From Eledone cirrhosa (taxonomy: Eukaryota), in the NCBI GenBank assembly GCA_964016885.1, contig OZ024742.1, forward strand, positions 216,938,001-217,002,000: 64,000 bases of DNA, given 5' to 3'. Shown here piece by piece: positions 1 through 12,749 of the stretch; within the stretch, counting starts at the first letter, position 1; each line of letters starts with the position of its first letter. Below the pieces are notes generated by a model. It ran no database searches and had not been told where the DNA came from. It worked only from the letters and a program-made list of their open reading frames with translations. Made by a program: the position numbers and the translations under genes.

Positions 1-657
1 GATTTCAGAGTTTTCATTTTCAGTTTCATCTTGAGCATGCACTCCTTCCACTTTTTCGATCATTTCTTTAATTTGTACTGCTGTCAGTGATTCCGCCCTG
101 ACCCTGGGATTTAAAGTGTTACATTTTACTTTGTTTTCACTGAGATACGTTTCATTTTCCCTTCGCTGACTTTGCGCTAATTGCTTGATCTGATCAATTT
201 CTATATCAGTTAGTAACTTTTTCTTAACAATATTTCTTCGTATATTGGCTAGTTTGTTACTGTCAATATAGCCTCTGTTTTCGGGATCTTTCTTTTTCCA
301 GTCGATATATGTATGTTCTGTATTCGATCTATTTGATGGGTAGTACATGGCAGTGTAGAAAGCCTCAAGGACTTCTTTATTATCTTCCCTTGACCATTTT
401 TCTCTCTTTTTCTTTGGATTTCTTGGTGGTGAGCATGAAGGGCCAACAGTAGGAGTATTCTGGTTATGGGAGGTCTCCAGCTCCGAATTGATCGGAAGGT
501 TTGAACCATTAGCTGATTTTTCAACCCCAGTCTGGTTCCTCTCTGAGGGACGCGGCCCTTTTTGACCCGGGTGACGGCCGATCCGGCATGAGATTTTATC
601 ATTTGACATAGGCTTTATTTTGTTGCGTGTTATCCTTAACCGCCAAGAGGTAATCAT
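1..657 (-). CDS. N-terminal part of an R4/Dong-like non-LTR retrotransposon ORF, open off the window start and absent from the ORF track
   Basis: Manual translation from ATG at 657-655 is stop-free to base 1: ...KKKREKWSREDNKEVLEAFYTAMYYPSNRSNTEHTYIDWKKKDPENRGYIDSNKLANIRRNIVKKKLLTDIEIDQIKQ..., resembling the Myb-like N-terminus of R4/Dong ORFs. Confidence 0.7.
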   Translation of the reverse strand, partial: MITSWRLRITRNKIKPMSNDKISCRIGRHPGQKGPRPSERNQTGVEKSANGSNLPINSELETSHNQNTPTVGPSCSPPRNPKKKREKWSREDNKEVLEAFYTAMYYPSNRSNTEHTYIDWKKKDPENRGYIDSNKLANIRRNIVKKKLLTDIEIDQIKQLAQSQRRENETYLSENKVKCNTLNPRVRAESLTAVQIKEMIEKVEGVHAQDETENENSEI

Positions 658-1093
658 TTCGTGTTACCACTCCTAGGACGAGTATCAACCAAGACTAGAG
701 GGGTCGTCCTCCCCTAGAAACACGGCTATTCCCCGCCGGCCGCCATCCCGGTATTTCTTGGTCACGTGGATTTTTTGTTTTTTGAATTGTTATTATCATG
801 AGTGGTTCCTTGTGAACCCTGCGTGGTTAAGAAAGAAATTATTAATATAATATACTTTGGGCCTTTGTTGTTGTTGGCTATGCCGGTGGTGCTGAGGCTT
901 TTTCCGGGGGGGGGGGGCAGGAGGGGAGTTCTATTGTAGGTGGGGAACTTCAGTGCCATAGTAATTGTTAACGTTCAGATGTTCAAAATTTCATTTTGAC
1001 CGGGACACTTAGTCAGTTTATTTATATCTTTTGTTAGCCTCTCCCTTGTCTAGTGTTACTGCTACCTTCCCCTTTCTTTCTTCTTCTTTCTTC

Positions 1094-1094
<1 letters not shown>
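1..1094 (-). mobile_element. 5' end (UTR + ORF start) of an R4/Dong-like element abutting (TAA)n
   Basis: The ORF above plus ~430 nt of upstream unique sequence ending at the (TTA)n tract at 1095. Confidence 0.6.
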
Positions 1095-1173
<79 letters not shown>

Positions 1174-1567
1174 GTTCTTTGAGTCTCAGTCATTGATGTT
1201 ATTTAACTGGAAAGTTTGTTGGAATGAATATCAAGCCACTACCTGCAGCCTCAGATATTCAGGACGTATCGGAGGGTTCTTGCTGTTCCCAGAAAGCATG
1301 CCTTTTGAAGCGTTCCAAAAAGCGTGAAGGGGCCAATTTTCTTTAACCATCCCTGGAAACTTTTTGAGATAGTACCTAGTGCGCCTATGACAATCTGGAC
1401 CACTTTGACCTCATGGCAGTTCCAAGTCCTTTTTACCTCCCACTTTAAGTCCCGGTATCGGTTAATTTTCTCCCTCTCCTTCTCTTGCACTCTTGTGTCG
1501 AATGGGCAGGCCACATCCACAATCAGGCACGATCTTTTTTCCTTGTCCAAAACCACCAGGTCAGGTA

Positions 1568-1570
<3 letters not shown>
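1174..1570 (-). mobile_element. 5'-truncated R4/Dong-like element: RLE (PD-(D/E)xK) endonuclease C-terminus + 3' UTR, in (TAA)n
   Basis: PDLVVLDKEKRSCLIVDVACPFD..EKEREKINRYRDL..VIGALG..LQKACFLGTARTLRYVLNI*. (TTA)n on both sides, the established Dong-type target. Confidence 0.9.
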
Positions 1571-1616
<46 letters not shown>

Positions 1617-1619
1617 TGT

Positions 1620-1661
1620 TATTACTCCTTGAGTCTCAGTCATTGATGTTAGTTAACTGGA

Positions 1662-1663
<2 letters not shown>
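1620..1663 (-). mobile_element. 3'-terminal stub of the same Dong-like family
   Basis: TTGAGTCTCAGTCATTGATGTTA(G/T)TTAACTGG matches 1179-1210; flanked by (TTA)n. Confidence 0.8.
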
Positions 1664-1707
<44 letters not shown>

Positions 1708-1910
1708 GAGAAGAAGAAGATCACTATTTCTGTGAGAATGATATCCCTCCTTGTGTGGATGTGTGTGTGAGTAGAGCACGATCTCTGTAAGAATGATAAA
1801 GCTGTAAATTATATTCAATGTGGTGTGTTAACTGGCTTACCAATGTATACAGTGAATTTATTTGCCCTAGGTGTCAGAAACAATACTGAAGGAAAAGGAA
1901 AAACAACAAC

Positions 1911-1964
<54 letters not shown>

Positions 1965-1974
1965 CATAATAATG

Positions 1975-2781
1975 TTTTCTTTATTAACCACAGGGGTTTA
2001 CATAAAGTAGACATTAAGGACAGTACAGGACAATACAGGACGGTACAAATGGGCATTTCTGCGTGTAAAAAAAAACAAAAAAACAGAGGATGTAATAAAA
2101 GAACAATGAAAAATTCCCCAATAGGGGGGAGACTTCCGAGGGCCATCGTGGAGAAAGCCCATTAAAAAAAGCCACGGTGACCGTGACCACCAGGGCAATT
2201 GTCCTCTCCCAGTTTTCCACCTTCAATTTACAGGAATATAATCAGAGTAGGTCCATTCACTCGGGCCAGTCTTGCCTCTCTCACCCATCTTTCAACAAAA
2301 AGCTGGGAAGAGAGCACTTCCCTCTCTACCCTGATTTTCCTTTTCAAATGAAATTGGAAAAAGTTAATCAGGGCATCACCGAAGAGGTAAGTGCTCGTCT
2401 TCAGTCCTTTCAGACGCGTCCAGCATACTATCTCTTTCGCCATGGCCACCAGACAGATAAAAACTGCCTGCCCTTCCCGTCTAAAGGAGGAGGGCGGGGC
2501 AATCCTCACGATGGACTCAGCTGATAGTCGGATCCGTTCTACACACGACAGCAGGTGTTCGACATAAACCCACAAGTCAGCAATGCTCCGACACTGGGCG
2601 AGTGCAGGCAGGACGGTTTCGTCGCCCTGCGCGCATCCCCGACATGCCCGGCTGACGGCACCGTCATGCCTGTAGAGTTTATCCCGAACTGGCAAAGCTC
2701 CTCGGTAGCACTGCCAGGCCAGGGATTTCTGGAAGTTGTCCATAGGCCCCGGCCCGACAGTTCTTCTGAAGAGATTGGCTA
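1975..2781 (-). mobile_element. 5'-truncated Tx1/L1-clade element (zf-RVT-like C-terminus + 3' UTR) in (TAA)n
   Basis: ORF 2228-2809: LAWQCYRGALPVRDKL..CRGC..DETV.PAL.QC..IADLW..RWVREARLARVNGP; (TAA)n on both sides. Confidence 0.8.
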
Positions 2782-2802
2782 AAAATAATAATAATAATAA
2801 TG

Positions 2803-2939
2803 ATTTCATTTATTAGCCACAAGGGCCGACATGTAGGGGACAATACAAAGACAGGGACAGTGGGGGAGTTTACAATCAGCTAGAGTAAAAGTGCACAATG
2901 GCAAGACTAATTTAACAATGAAGATATAAAAAAATATAA

Positions 2940-2940
<1 letters not shown>
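2803..2940 (-). mobile_element. 3' stub of a related Tx1-like element
   Basis: TTTATTAGCCACAAGGG..GGACAATACA resembles the 3' end at 1978-2040; (TAA)n flanks. Confidence 0.55.
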
Positions 2941-2999
<59 letters not shown>

Positions 3000-3120
3000 A
3001 AGAAGAAGAAGAAGAAGAAGAAGAAGAAGAAGAAGAAGAAGAAGAAGAAGAAGAAGAAGAAGAAGAAGAAGAAGAAGAAGAAGAAGAAGAAGAAAAAGAA
3101 GAAGAAGAAGAAGAAGAAGA
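2941..3120 (+). repeat. Compound (TAA)n/(AAG)n microsatellite
   Basis: Direct observation. Confidence 0.95.
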
Positions 3121-3425
3121 AAATTAACCGATACCTGGACTTAAAGTGGGAGGTAAAAAGGAAAAGGAAAAAGGATTTGGAACTGCCATGAAGTGGTCCC
3201 GATTGTCATAGGTGCACTAGGTACTATCTCAAAAAGCTTCCAGGGATGGTTAAAGAAAATTAGTCCCGCCCCGCTTTTTGGAACACTTCAAAAGGCATGC
3301 TTGCTGGGAACAGCAAGAACCCTCCGATACGTCCTGAATATCTGAGGTTGCAGGTAGTGGCTTGATATTCATTTCAACAAACTTTCCAGCTAAATAACAT
3401 CAATGACTGAGACTCAAAGAACAAT
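3121..3425 (+). mobile_element. Opposite-orientation truncated copy of the Dong-like family
   Basis: Close reverse complement of about 1174-1468, with small indels; ends GAGACTCAAAGAAC-(AAT)n. Confidence 0.9.
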
Positions 3426-3431
3426 AATAAT

Positions 3432-3533
3432 AATTGTTTCTACTTTAGGCACAAGGCCAGCAATTATCCCAGTGCATTACTGGTACTTTATTTTATCGAC
3501 CCCGTAAGGATGAAAGGCAAAGTTAACCTCGGC
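3432..3533 (-). mobile_element. Truncated Meta-domain SINE
   Basis: Reverse complement of GCCGAGGTTAACTTTGCCTTTCATCCTTACGGGGTCGATAAAATAAAGTACCAG...AAAGTAGAAAC. Confidence 0.85.
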
Positions 3534-4139
3534 AATAATAATAAAAGTTTTGTTACTATTTATAAATGTTGGCGTGAATGTCTTAGTCATTAATGGGGCA
3601 GATATATAGTCAAAGCCAATATAGTCATGAGAAATCCGACTTTTGTTTTTCAGACAATGTGTATCCAGGATTACATTATCTAATGTGTTCTATACATGTT
3701 TAAGACTTCAGAGCAGGATGTGAGAAAGATCTGGGTGTTACTCAAGCAGTACGACTAAGCACATAGCGAATCCAATGTTGGCTAACGTCACTGTCTGGTA
3801 ATGAAGAAGTGGAATACTTTACATCCGATAGACTGGGATTTCTCCTTACGATAACCTATAGCACTCGCCTGGAGTTTCATCTATCTGAATATCTATAAAA
3901 AGAGAATTAACCTCACTCTATCTCTGGAAATGTAGTGGTATTTCTTGTATTAATAAATTCAATTTCAACCCAACTGTTTATATGACAATACATCAGTAGA
4001 TGAATGTTGAATTCCCCTTCTGGACACCAAGATGATAGCTACTGTGTATGATTATTGGTATGCATGTATCTATGTATGTATATTTGCACACTCACGCACG
4101 CACACACATACACACACACACATAGACACAAACACAGAA

Positions 4140-4172
<33 letters not shown>

Positions 4173-4322
4173 TATATATATATATCTTTCCTTAACCTTC
4201 CCTTACTACTCCTCGAACTTTCCTGGTGAAGGAACCGTCAAAATCTCCTCCACTTCCACCAAGTGTGAACCTAATATAACTGTAAAATTACCACCTGCGT
4301 TTTGTTTGTTCATTTTCCAACC

Positions 4323-4390
<68 letters not shown>

Positions 4391-4769
4391 ATATATCGAG
4401 GCGCCTGGACAATTTGAAATTTGAAATGCTGAAATCCAAACGTAGAAATCAGTATAAATAATAGCTTTAGAAAATCGGATAAAATATGCTAAGGGACAGA
4501 AAAAAATAGCCACCAATTTTTACGGATGGTCGAACTACGTTTCTCTCGAATTCCAGTCGAGCATGTTACCACTACGTATATATATACTCGTATAATAATT
4601 TTTTTACATTAAAAAAATATTTATATCATTGGAATTTTGACTGCAGCCACCAAAGATTCTTACATGTTTTGTAAGTGACATAGTCACTACTCTAAAATAA
4701 TAGCGCAAGGTCTTTAAAATGTTTTTAATTAAGCATACAGTATATTGCCAAATATACTATATATATACA

Positions 4770-4877
<108 letters not shown>

Positions 4878-5746
4878 TGTGTGTATGTGGAAGCGCGTGT
4901 TTGTATTTATATATGTATGTATGAATATGTATATATGTACGTATGTAAGTAGGTATTTATATCTGTTGTTTATATATATAAACTATTTCCAACTGTCAGA
5001 TTTCATTAGCAAGGGCATTAGTCAATTAGAGGCTAATTTGTTCAAGGTTCTGGACAGTAGCATTGAACTTCTTCATCACATTGGTACGTCTGTGCTATTA
5101 TATATAAACAACACAATGTTCCCGCAAAAATTGGGTTCAAAATAGAATTAGCGTCACAAAATTATATGGCCTTTAATTATTTAGCTGTTTAGATTGATGA
5201 GCCATCAGGCCTTCGGCCGTGCTGGGGTACTTCTACCTAAGTTTAGATATCATTTTCATAATAAATCATCTCTTCATGCTATAACAAAATATTCATCTAA
5301 ACGTTTTTATGACTGCTGTCGGGGTGGAGTTGACCACTCGCAGAAGCTAGCCCTGCGAGTTGGAATAGCTATTCTAACGCCTCTTTCCCGCTATCCTACG
5401 AGGCAACGCGTTCTCCATTGTCCGCTTGGACTACGAAGCGGTTTGCACCTAAGGTTCTGCACGACAGTGAGTTTTCTTCCAGACCGTCCGAGCTCGTATC
5501 ATTGGTATATAATTCTTTCTCATATTGAAGGCTGGTTCTGACATACACAAATATACATGCATTGGTAAATGCAATGAATATTTTCCAGCATATGTAGTTG
5601 TGTTTTACAAAACAAATTTACGGAAATCAAATGAAAATGATCTTAGTAACTAGTTGGCGACTAATTCTTGCATATTACTTATTCTTTGTGTGTGGACATA
5701 TATTCGTGTGTCTTTATGTATGGATGTATATGACAATGTATATGAG

Positions 5747-5853
<107 letters not shown>

Positions 5854-5996
5854 ATAAGGAAAAAAATTGAAAATGTAAGTGCAGTCTTTTAAGAATATTT
5901 ATTTACTTTACCTATTTCACGGTTCTTATAATTTTCAAAAGTAAAATTGATATGGTGGGTTTGTGTATGCTACTGTTGTGGTTTGTCTCGCATCTG

Positions 5997-6088
<92 letters not shown>

Positions 6089-6232
6089 CTCACTTTTTTT
6101 AATTCATTTCAGTTAGCATTGAGTAAGATAGTGTGTGACACAGTATTACAATGCGATGGGAGCGCAAAGCATCTTGGGTTAGTGTGATTTCATATATATA
6201 TATATATATTATGGCTGCAAATCTACACAAAT

Positions 6233-6359
<127 letters not shown>

Positions 6360-6422
6360 TTCCCGTTATGGGTGAAAGCAGCGATTCTTTGTTTAAATTT
6401 TAACGTTATTTTAATAAATATA

Positions 6423-6481
<59 letters not shown>

Positions 6482-6534
6482 CATATATATATTTTTTAAA
6501 ATAACATTAAAATCTATCTATATATATATATACA

Positions 6535-6886
6535 TATAGAAAGGATAAAGGACGATTGATTATTCTTTCATTGCATTTATTGATAGGTGACGCGCGTTTC
6601 GCCACTGATCAGCTCAAGGTTCGATCTATATCGATCTTACCCGACTCGATAATCCGCAGCTCGACGGACCTTCCTGAAATGCTATAAGATATAGATCGAA
6701 CCTTGAGCTGATCAGTGGCGAAACGCGCGTCACCTATCAATAAATGCAATGAAGGAATAATCAATCGTCCTTTTTATCCTTTCTATATATTACACTCTGT
6801 ATAGCTCTACACATCATCACAGAAGTGAACCTAAACATCGAGTGCTCACCCGGGTGAACCTGCAGTAACTCCTAGTTACACCCCCT

Positions 6887-6889
<3 letters not shown>
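6535..6889 (+). mobile_element. PLE-type fold-back insertion with tail, in (TA)n
   Basis: Arms 6535-6632 and 6688-6788 are reverse complements; single-copy tail 6789-6889. Only the 3' half of a hammerhead is visible (GAAA-CGCGCG-TC at 6720-6731). Confidence 0.8.
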
Positions 6890-6965
<76 letters not shown>

Positions 6966-6968
<3 letters not shown>

Positions 6969-7456
6969 TTAAGGATACTATTTATGGTTATGTATATACT
7001 AAAACCTTTTATAGTTATATATATTTTAAACCCTAAATAGTGAAAGACAGTAATTTATTACTATCTTATTACCAGTAAGATAAATAGCTCAATGTTTTAC
7101 AGAGCAGTTATATAGAAATTACATGAATCAAAGTTCAGTTTAAATCATTTATTTGCTTACAATTGTTTCTTCCAAACCGAGGTTTGGAGTCTTCGGAGCA
7201 ATTATTTAGTGATTTTTTACATACTTGACCTCCTTTTCAACACAAGAGACATATAGAAACATATGTATATATTGACCCACAGTGGGTTGACATCCATTAT
7301 AATAATATATACATATGTTTCTATATGTCTCTTGTGTTGAAAAGGAGGTCAAATATGTAAAAATCACTAAATAATTGCTCCGAAGACACCAAACCTCGGT
7401 TTGGAAGAAACAATTGTAAGCAAATAAATGATTTAAACTGAACTTTGATTCATGTA

Positions 7457-7465
<9 letters not shown>
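6966..7465 (-). mobile_element. PLE-type fold-back insertion with tail, in (TA)n
   Basis: Arms about 7110-7272 and 7303-7465; tail 6966-7109; hammerhead in each arm. Confidence 0.85.
7375..7423 (+). ncRNA. Minimal type I hammerhead ribozyme, U4C core variant (mirror copy 7153-7201, minus)
   Basis: ttgct-CCGAAGA-ca ccaaac ctcg gtttgg aa-GAAA-caattg-TA-agcaa: stem I ttgct/agcaa, stem II hairpin, palindromic stem III. Confidence 0.75.
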
Positions 7466-7520
<55 letters not shown>

Positions 7521-7656
7521 GAATATAATATGTTGAAAACATATTCTATTCTAAACATATTGTATTCTAAAGTGCCCAGGTTTTCCTCTCCTTTGAGCAC
7601 ATTATTTACAGGGAACGGCGAGAGTCTATGGCTCCGTTAATGTATCGTGATATATA

Positions 7657-7694
<38 letters not shown>

Positions 7695-8414
7695 GTATAT
7701 ACATTGGGGAGAGTAGAGAATCTACCGCGAGCTCGGTTACTAGTTACCTCTTCGCAAGTAACTAGCCGAAATGGCCGAGCTCGGTGTACATCCTCTACTT
7801 TTTCACGGAACATTCTTCGAATAATTTGAAACATGTGTAAGGAATTAAAAATGATTTTTGCATCTATGTATTTTTCTGTATGTTTGAATGTATGCATGCG
7901 TATATGTATGCCTTTGTCTGTCGCCGTTCTAGATCGCTGAAGGGTATGATGTAAGCAACGGTGAGAAAATCGAAATCGCAGTCATTTTTAGTACACATTT
8001 GAGTGTTTGTTTTTGCCTTAAAACTGCAGTGGAGGCATTTGAATGACCCATTCCCAAACAATATATAGAGCCAACAATATTAGTACCCAACAAAGAACAG
8101 CAAGAAAGCATGAAAGAAAGAAAGATAGAAACAAAATGGTTACTTACCCCATGCACTAGGGTAGAGTTTTTAAACATTTCCTACCGATTAAACTCTGTTC
8201 ATTTTCTGGATTAATATCTACGGAAAGGAAGGAATTCGGTTATTTTGACCTTAGTGTTCGCCTGACAGTTTTATTTTTCTTAGTAGGATGGAACTCAGTC
8301 TCGAACCTCTACAGGCTAGAAACTCTGTACGTAACTAAATCTGCAATGCAACCATTCGGCCAATCCACCGTCCTCTTTACCTCATGTATGTTTCTAATAT
8401 GAATACTTATAAGC

Positions 8415-8490
<76 letters not shown>

Positions 8491-8491
8491 C

Positions 8492-8589
<98 letters not shown>

Positions 8590-8686
8590 TATGTATGTAT
8601 GTATGTATATATATATATATATATATACATATATTTATAAAATATATATGAATATATATATATAAATATATATTATATATCTATTA

Positions 8687-8866
8687 TGGATTGGCAGTAT
8701 CCGTAGAGGGTCGTAACTATGCTTTCCAGCATAGTTACGTCCCTTTACGATCTGAGTTCAAATCCCGCCGAGGTTGACTTTGCCTTTCATCCTTACGGGG
8801 TCGATAAAATAAAGTACCAGTAATGCACTGGGTAATTGCTGGCCTTGTGCCTAAAGTAGAAACAAT
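8687..8866 (+). mobile_element. Full-length tRNA-headed Meta-domain SINE
   Basis: A-box-like TGGCAGTATCCGTAGAG, B-box GAGTTCAAATCC, core GCCTTTCATCCTTACGGGGTCGATAAAATAAAGTACCAG, (ATT)n tail. Confidence 0.85.
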
Positions 8867-8870
8867 TATT

Positions 8871-8902
<32 letters not shown>

Positions 8903-8908
8903 TATGCG

Positions 8909-8941
<33 letters not shown>

Positions 8942-8998
8942 ATATACGTATGTACATATATTTATATATATATGTATATATATGCGTATATATATGCG

Positions 8999-9033
<35 letters not shown>

Positions 9034-9590
9034 ATATACGTATGTACATATATTTATATATACATGTATGTAAGTATATATATCATATATATAATATGGG
9101 AGGGGGTAAATTCCTATCGGATCCTATGTGCATGAACGCTCTTGTGTAAACACTGCAAACTTTGTAAACACTTCTAAGTACAGGTGAATGTGTCTGTGAT
9201 GTTGATAGAAAGCATTTACCAATATTTTCTAGTTGCGTTGTGAATACGTTTTTAATACATTTTTTATAATCGCCATTATCATCCTCACCATCGTCGTCAT
9301 CCTTATCATAATCATCATCATTATCATAATCGTCATTATCATCATCATATATAGTATAACTAATGTTATTGTTTGGGTTGTTGCTGGTATTATCACTGCA
9401 ACACCAACTACCATTGTTGTTTGTTCATTTTTCTATATCTTTATGCTAAATGATGATTTGTCTGTTTTCCACTCATGCCTATTATCAGTTTGTATGATTT
9501 TCTATTTTACGCAAACAGCCCAGTATATGCCTGTGTATTTTGTTAATCTAAGTTCTAAGTATATATGCCTGTGTATTTTGTTAATCTAAG

Positions 9591-9651
<61 letters not shown>

Positions 9652-9667
9652 CAAATATTTATATATA

Positions 9668-9837
9668 CAGTGAAATTTCGTTATAACGAAATTCGTGGGG
9701 TATAAAATAATTCGTTGTAACGAAAAATTCTTTATAACGAGATCGAGCTAACACATAGAGCGTGTGGCCGAGGATTGAAAAATATTTCGTTATACTGAAA
9801 AATTATAATGGTATTCGTTATAACGCTATTTTACCTG
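9668..9837. mobile_element. Tc1/mariner/pogo-type MITE
   Basis: TA|CAGTGAAATTTCGTTATAACG ... CGTTATAACGCTATTTTACCTG|TA, with repeated subterminal CGTTATAACG motifs. Confidence 0.75.
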
Positions 9838-10202
9838 TATACGGTCATTTATGTGTGTGTGATTGTGTGTGTGCGCATCTATTTGTATGCATATACCACT
9901 GAGTGTCCAGTGTGAACTTTCTATACTTCACTGAAATGTATAATCATAAAACAAATATATAATAAAGAATAATGAAAGCATGGTATTATAAACATAAATC
10001 CTAATTGATTTTTACTGTTGTTTATTTATATATGTAATTGAAAGGTCCAGCCTTGTCACACTGTGTCACTCTGATTTTACATGAGAATACATGTGTATGT
10101 GGAATACATGGTAATTGTTAGGTAGGTCGTTCGGGTGAAGGCACATATGACATTTTATATGTGCGTGTGTGCATATGTATACATGTCTAAATATATGTAT
10201 AC

Positions 10203-10255
<53 letters not shown>

Positions 10256-10291
10256 TATATACATATATATATATATGTATGTATATATGTA

Positions 10292-10335
<44 letters not shown>

Positions 10336-10378
10336 TATACATATATATACATATATATACATATATACATATATATAC

Positions 10379-10473
<95 letters not shown>

Positions 10474-11429
10474 TTCAAATATTAACAAAATAGATATTCT
10501 TGTGATCAATTAAATTTTATTATACATATTTCAGAGGTACTGAATTAAGTTCAACAGTACGTCCTCATCAGATAAAATAAAATGATACATGACATACCCT
10601 GACATGGTAGATGGTTAAGATTTAATCAATGTAGTGATTAACTTATAAGAAAACTCAATATGTATACCCTAATATTGAGAACATGAGAAAACGTAATAGA
10701 ATCAATAGAGAGAGTGTGAGTAATATATTTTAAGAAATACATGGCATCAATGTAACAGTTATAGAATTTTTAATATTTAAAATACTACTAGAAAAATATG
10801 CGGGAGAGAAAAGCATAGAGGAAGACGTAGCTGATGTTATAACTTATTTAGTATTTAGTATTTAGCTTGAGAATACAAATGAAAATAACTAAAGAGAGAG
10901 AGAGACAAAGGGGTGTAATTTATGCTCAAGTTTCTACATGCACATATTCATATAGAGTTGGCGGTTAATTTTCAAAAATATTTAATTTATGTTATTTCAG
11001 AGTAAAGAATCAAATTTTAGGATTTAAAAGTTGATGGGTATTTGTATTAATATTATAATATAATTATGTTAAATTTCTAAAATTCAAAATTTTATGAAGA
11101 CAAATTTAAAGGATTTACGAAGCCCGCGAAAGAAAGAAAATATACATATAATGTTCGATATCCCCACAAAGGTAATCTTTACCAAAATAACTTATAATAT
11201 TGACAACAGTTTCTATAATATAATTTATGAGATATTTGCAGGTCTTATAATTAAACTTAAAGAAGTCAGAGTTTTCAGCTATATATATATGTGTGTGTAT
11301 TGATCATAATATACCAAGACTTTAATTTATTATTTGTTCATATATTATATTTATTAAATGATTATATAAGTTCGACTTTCCAGGGAAAACCAAACACTTA
11401 TAATAATGTCATTTGAGTGTTTAAATTAT

Positions 11430-12225
11430 TTATATAAATGTAACTACGATTATGTTATTACCCTAGATAAAGATATTTGTATAAAACTATATATAGATAT
11501 ACTAGGTAAACATTTAATAAAAAATAGTAATTATAATCATTGTTATTAGTTTTATACAAATGCAACTACGATTATGTTATTACACTAGATAAAGATTTTT
11601 GTACAAACTATATGTAGATATACTAGGTATTAATGAAACAGTATACATTCAATAAAGAATAACAATTATAATGTTTGTTAGTAGTTTTATACAAATGCAA
11701 CTACGATTATGTTATTACACTAGATAAAGATTTTTGTACAAACTATATGTAGATATACTAGGTATTAATGAAACAGTATACATTCAATAAAGAATAACAA
11801 TTATAATGTTTGTTAGTAGTTTTATACAAATGCAACTACGATTATGTTATTACACTAGATAAAGATTTTTGTACAAACTATATGTAGATATACTAGGTAT
11901 TAATGAAACAGTATACATTCAATAAAGAATAACAATTATAATGTTTGTTAGTAGTTTTATACAAATGCAACTACGATTATGTTATTACACTAGATAAAGA
12001 TTTTTGTACAAACTATATGTAGATATACTAGGTATTAATGAAACAGTATACATTCAATAAAGAATAACAATTATAATCTTTGTTAGTAGTTTTATATAAA
12101 TGTAACTACGATTATGTTATTACACTAGGTAGAGATATTTGTACAAACTATATATAAATATACTAGGTATTAATGAAACGGTATACATTTAATAAAAAAT
12201 AGCGATTATAATCATTGTTAGTAAT
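11430..12225 (+). repeat. 135-bp tandem repeat, ~6 units, inside the PLE 3' UTR
   Basis: (C/T)AACTACG anchor at 11441, 11563, 11698, 11833, 11968, 12103. Confidence 0.95.
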
Positions 12226-12348
12226 TACCTCCAGTTCAGTGGAGAAATAAACCAATATTTGTCAGCTATTATGGTTTGTTAAATATACATAAAAAAGCAA
12301 AGCGCAAATCCAACTTTCTGAGTCCCCCAAAACCATCTCAAAATGAGT

Positions 12349-12400
<52 letters not shown>

Positions 12401-12749
12401 AAATATGTAAACGCATGAATGATCCACAGTTCAAATTAAAATCAGTAAATTTACAGGTTAGATATCTAAACTATATATTTAAAACAGAGACAGAAAAATA
12501 AAGATCTGAATCAAAGTTAAAAATATCAAAAAAAAACCCTAGGGTATGCATATCTATTTAGTAAACAAGTTATCAAACAAGTGTCATTCATTCAAACATT
12601 AGTTCCATTATGAATGATTAGAAGATAAACCATTATTAAAGTTTTATAAACCGTTATGACTTATATGTTCAACAGTTGATGATAGACGTCGAAAATCAGG
12701 CTTGATTGCTTACTGTTTTTTCCTGACTTTTTGCGAGGCTTGGAATGTA

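Noticed and set aside
249-602. 117-aa ORF in the track
   Set aside because: An overlapping frame of the retrotransposon ORF, which runs from 657 off the window start.
8687-8770. tRNA gene
   Set aside because: The A/B boxes belong to a SINE head; there is no cloverleaf and the repeated SINE core follows.
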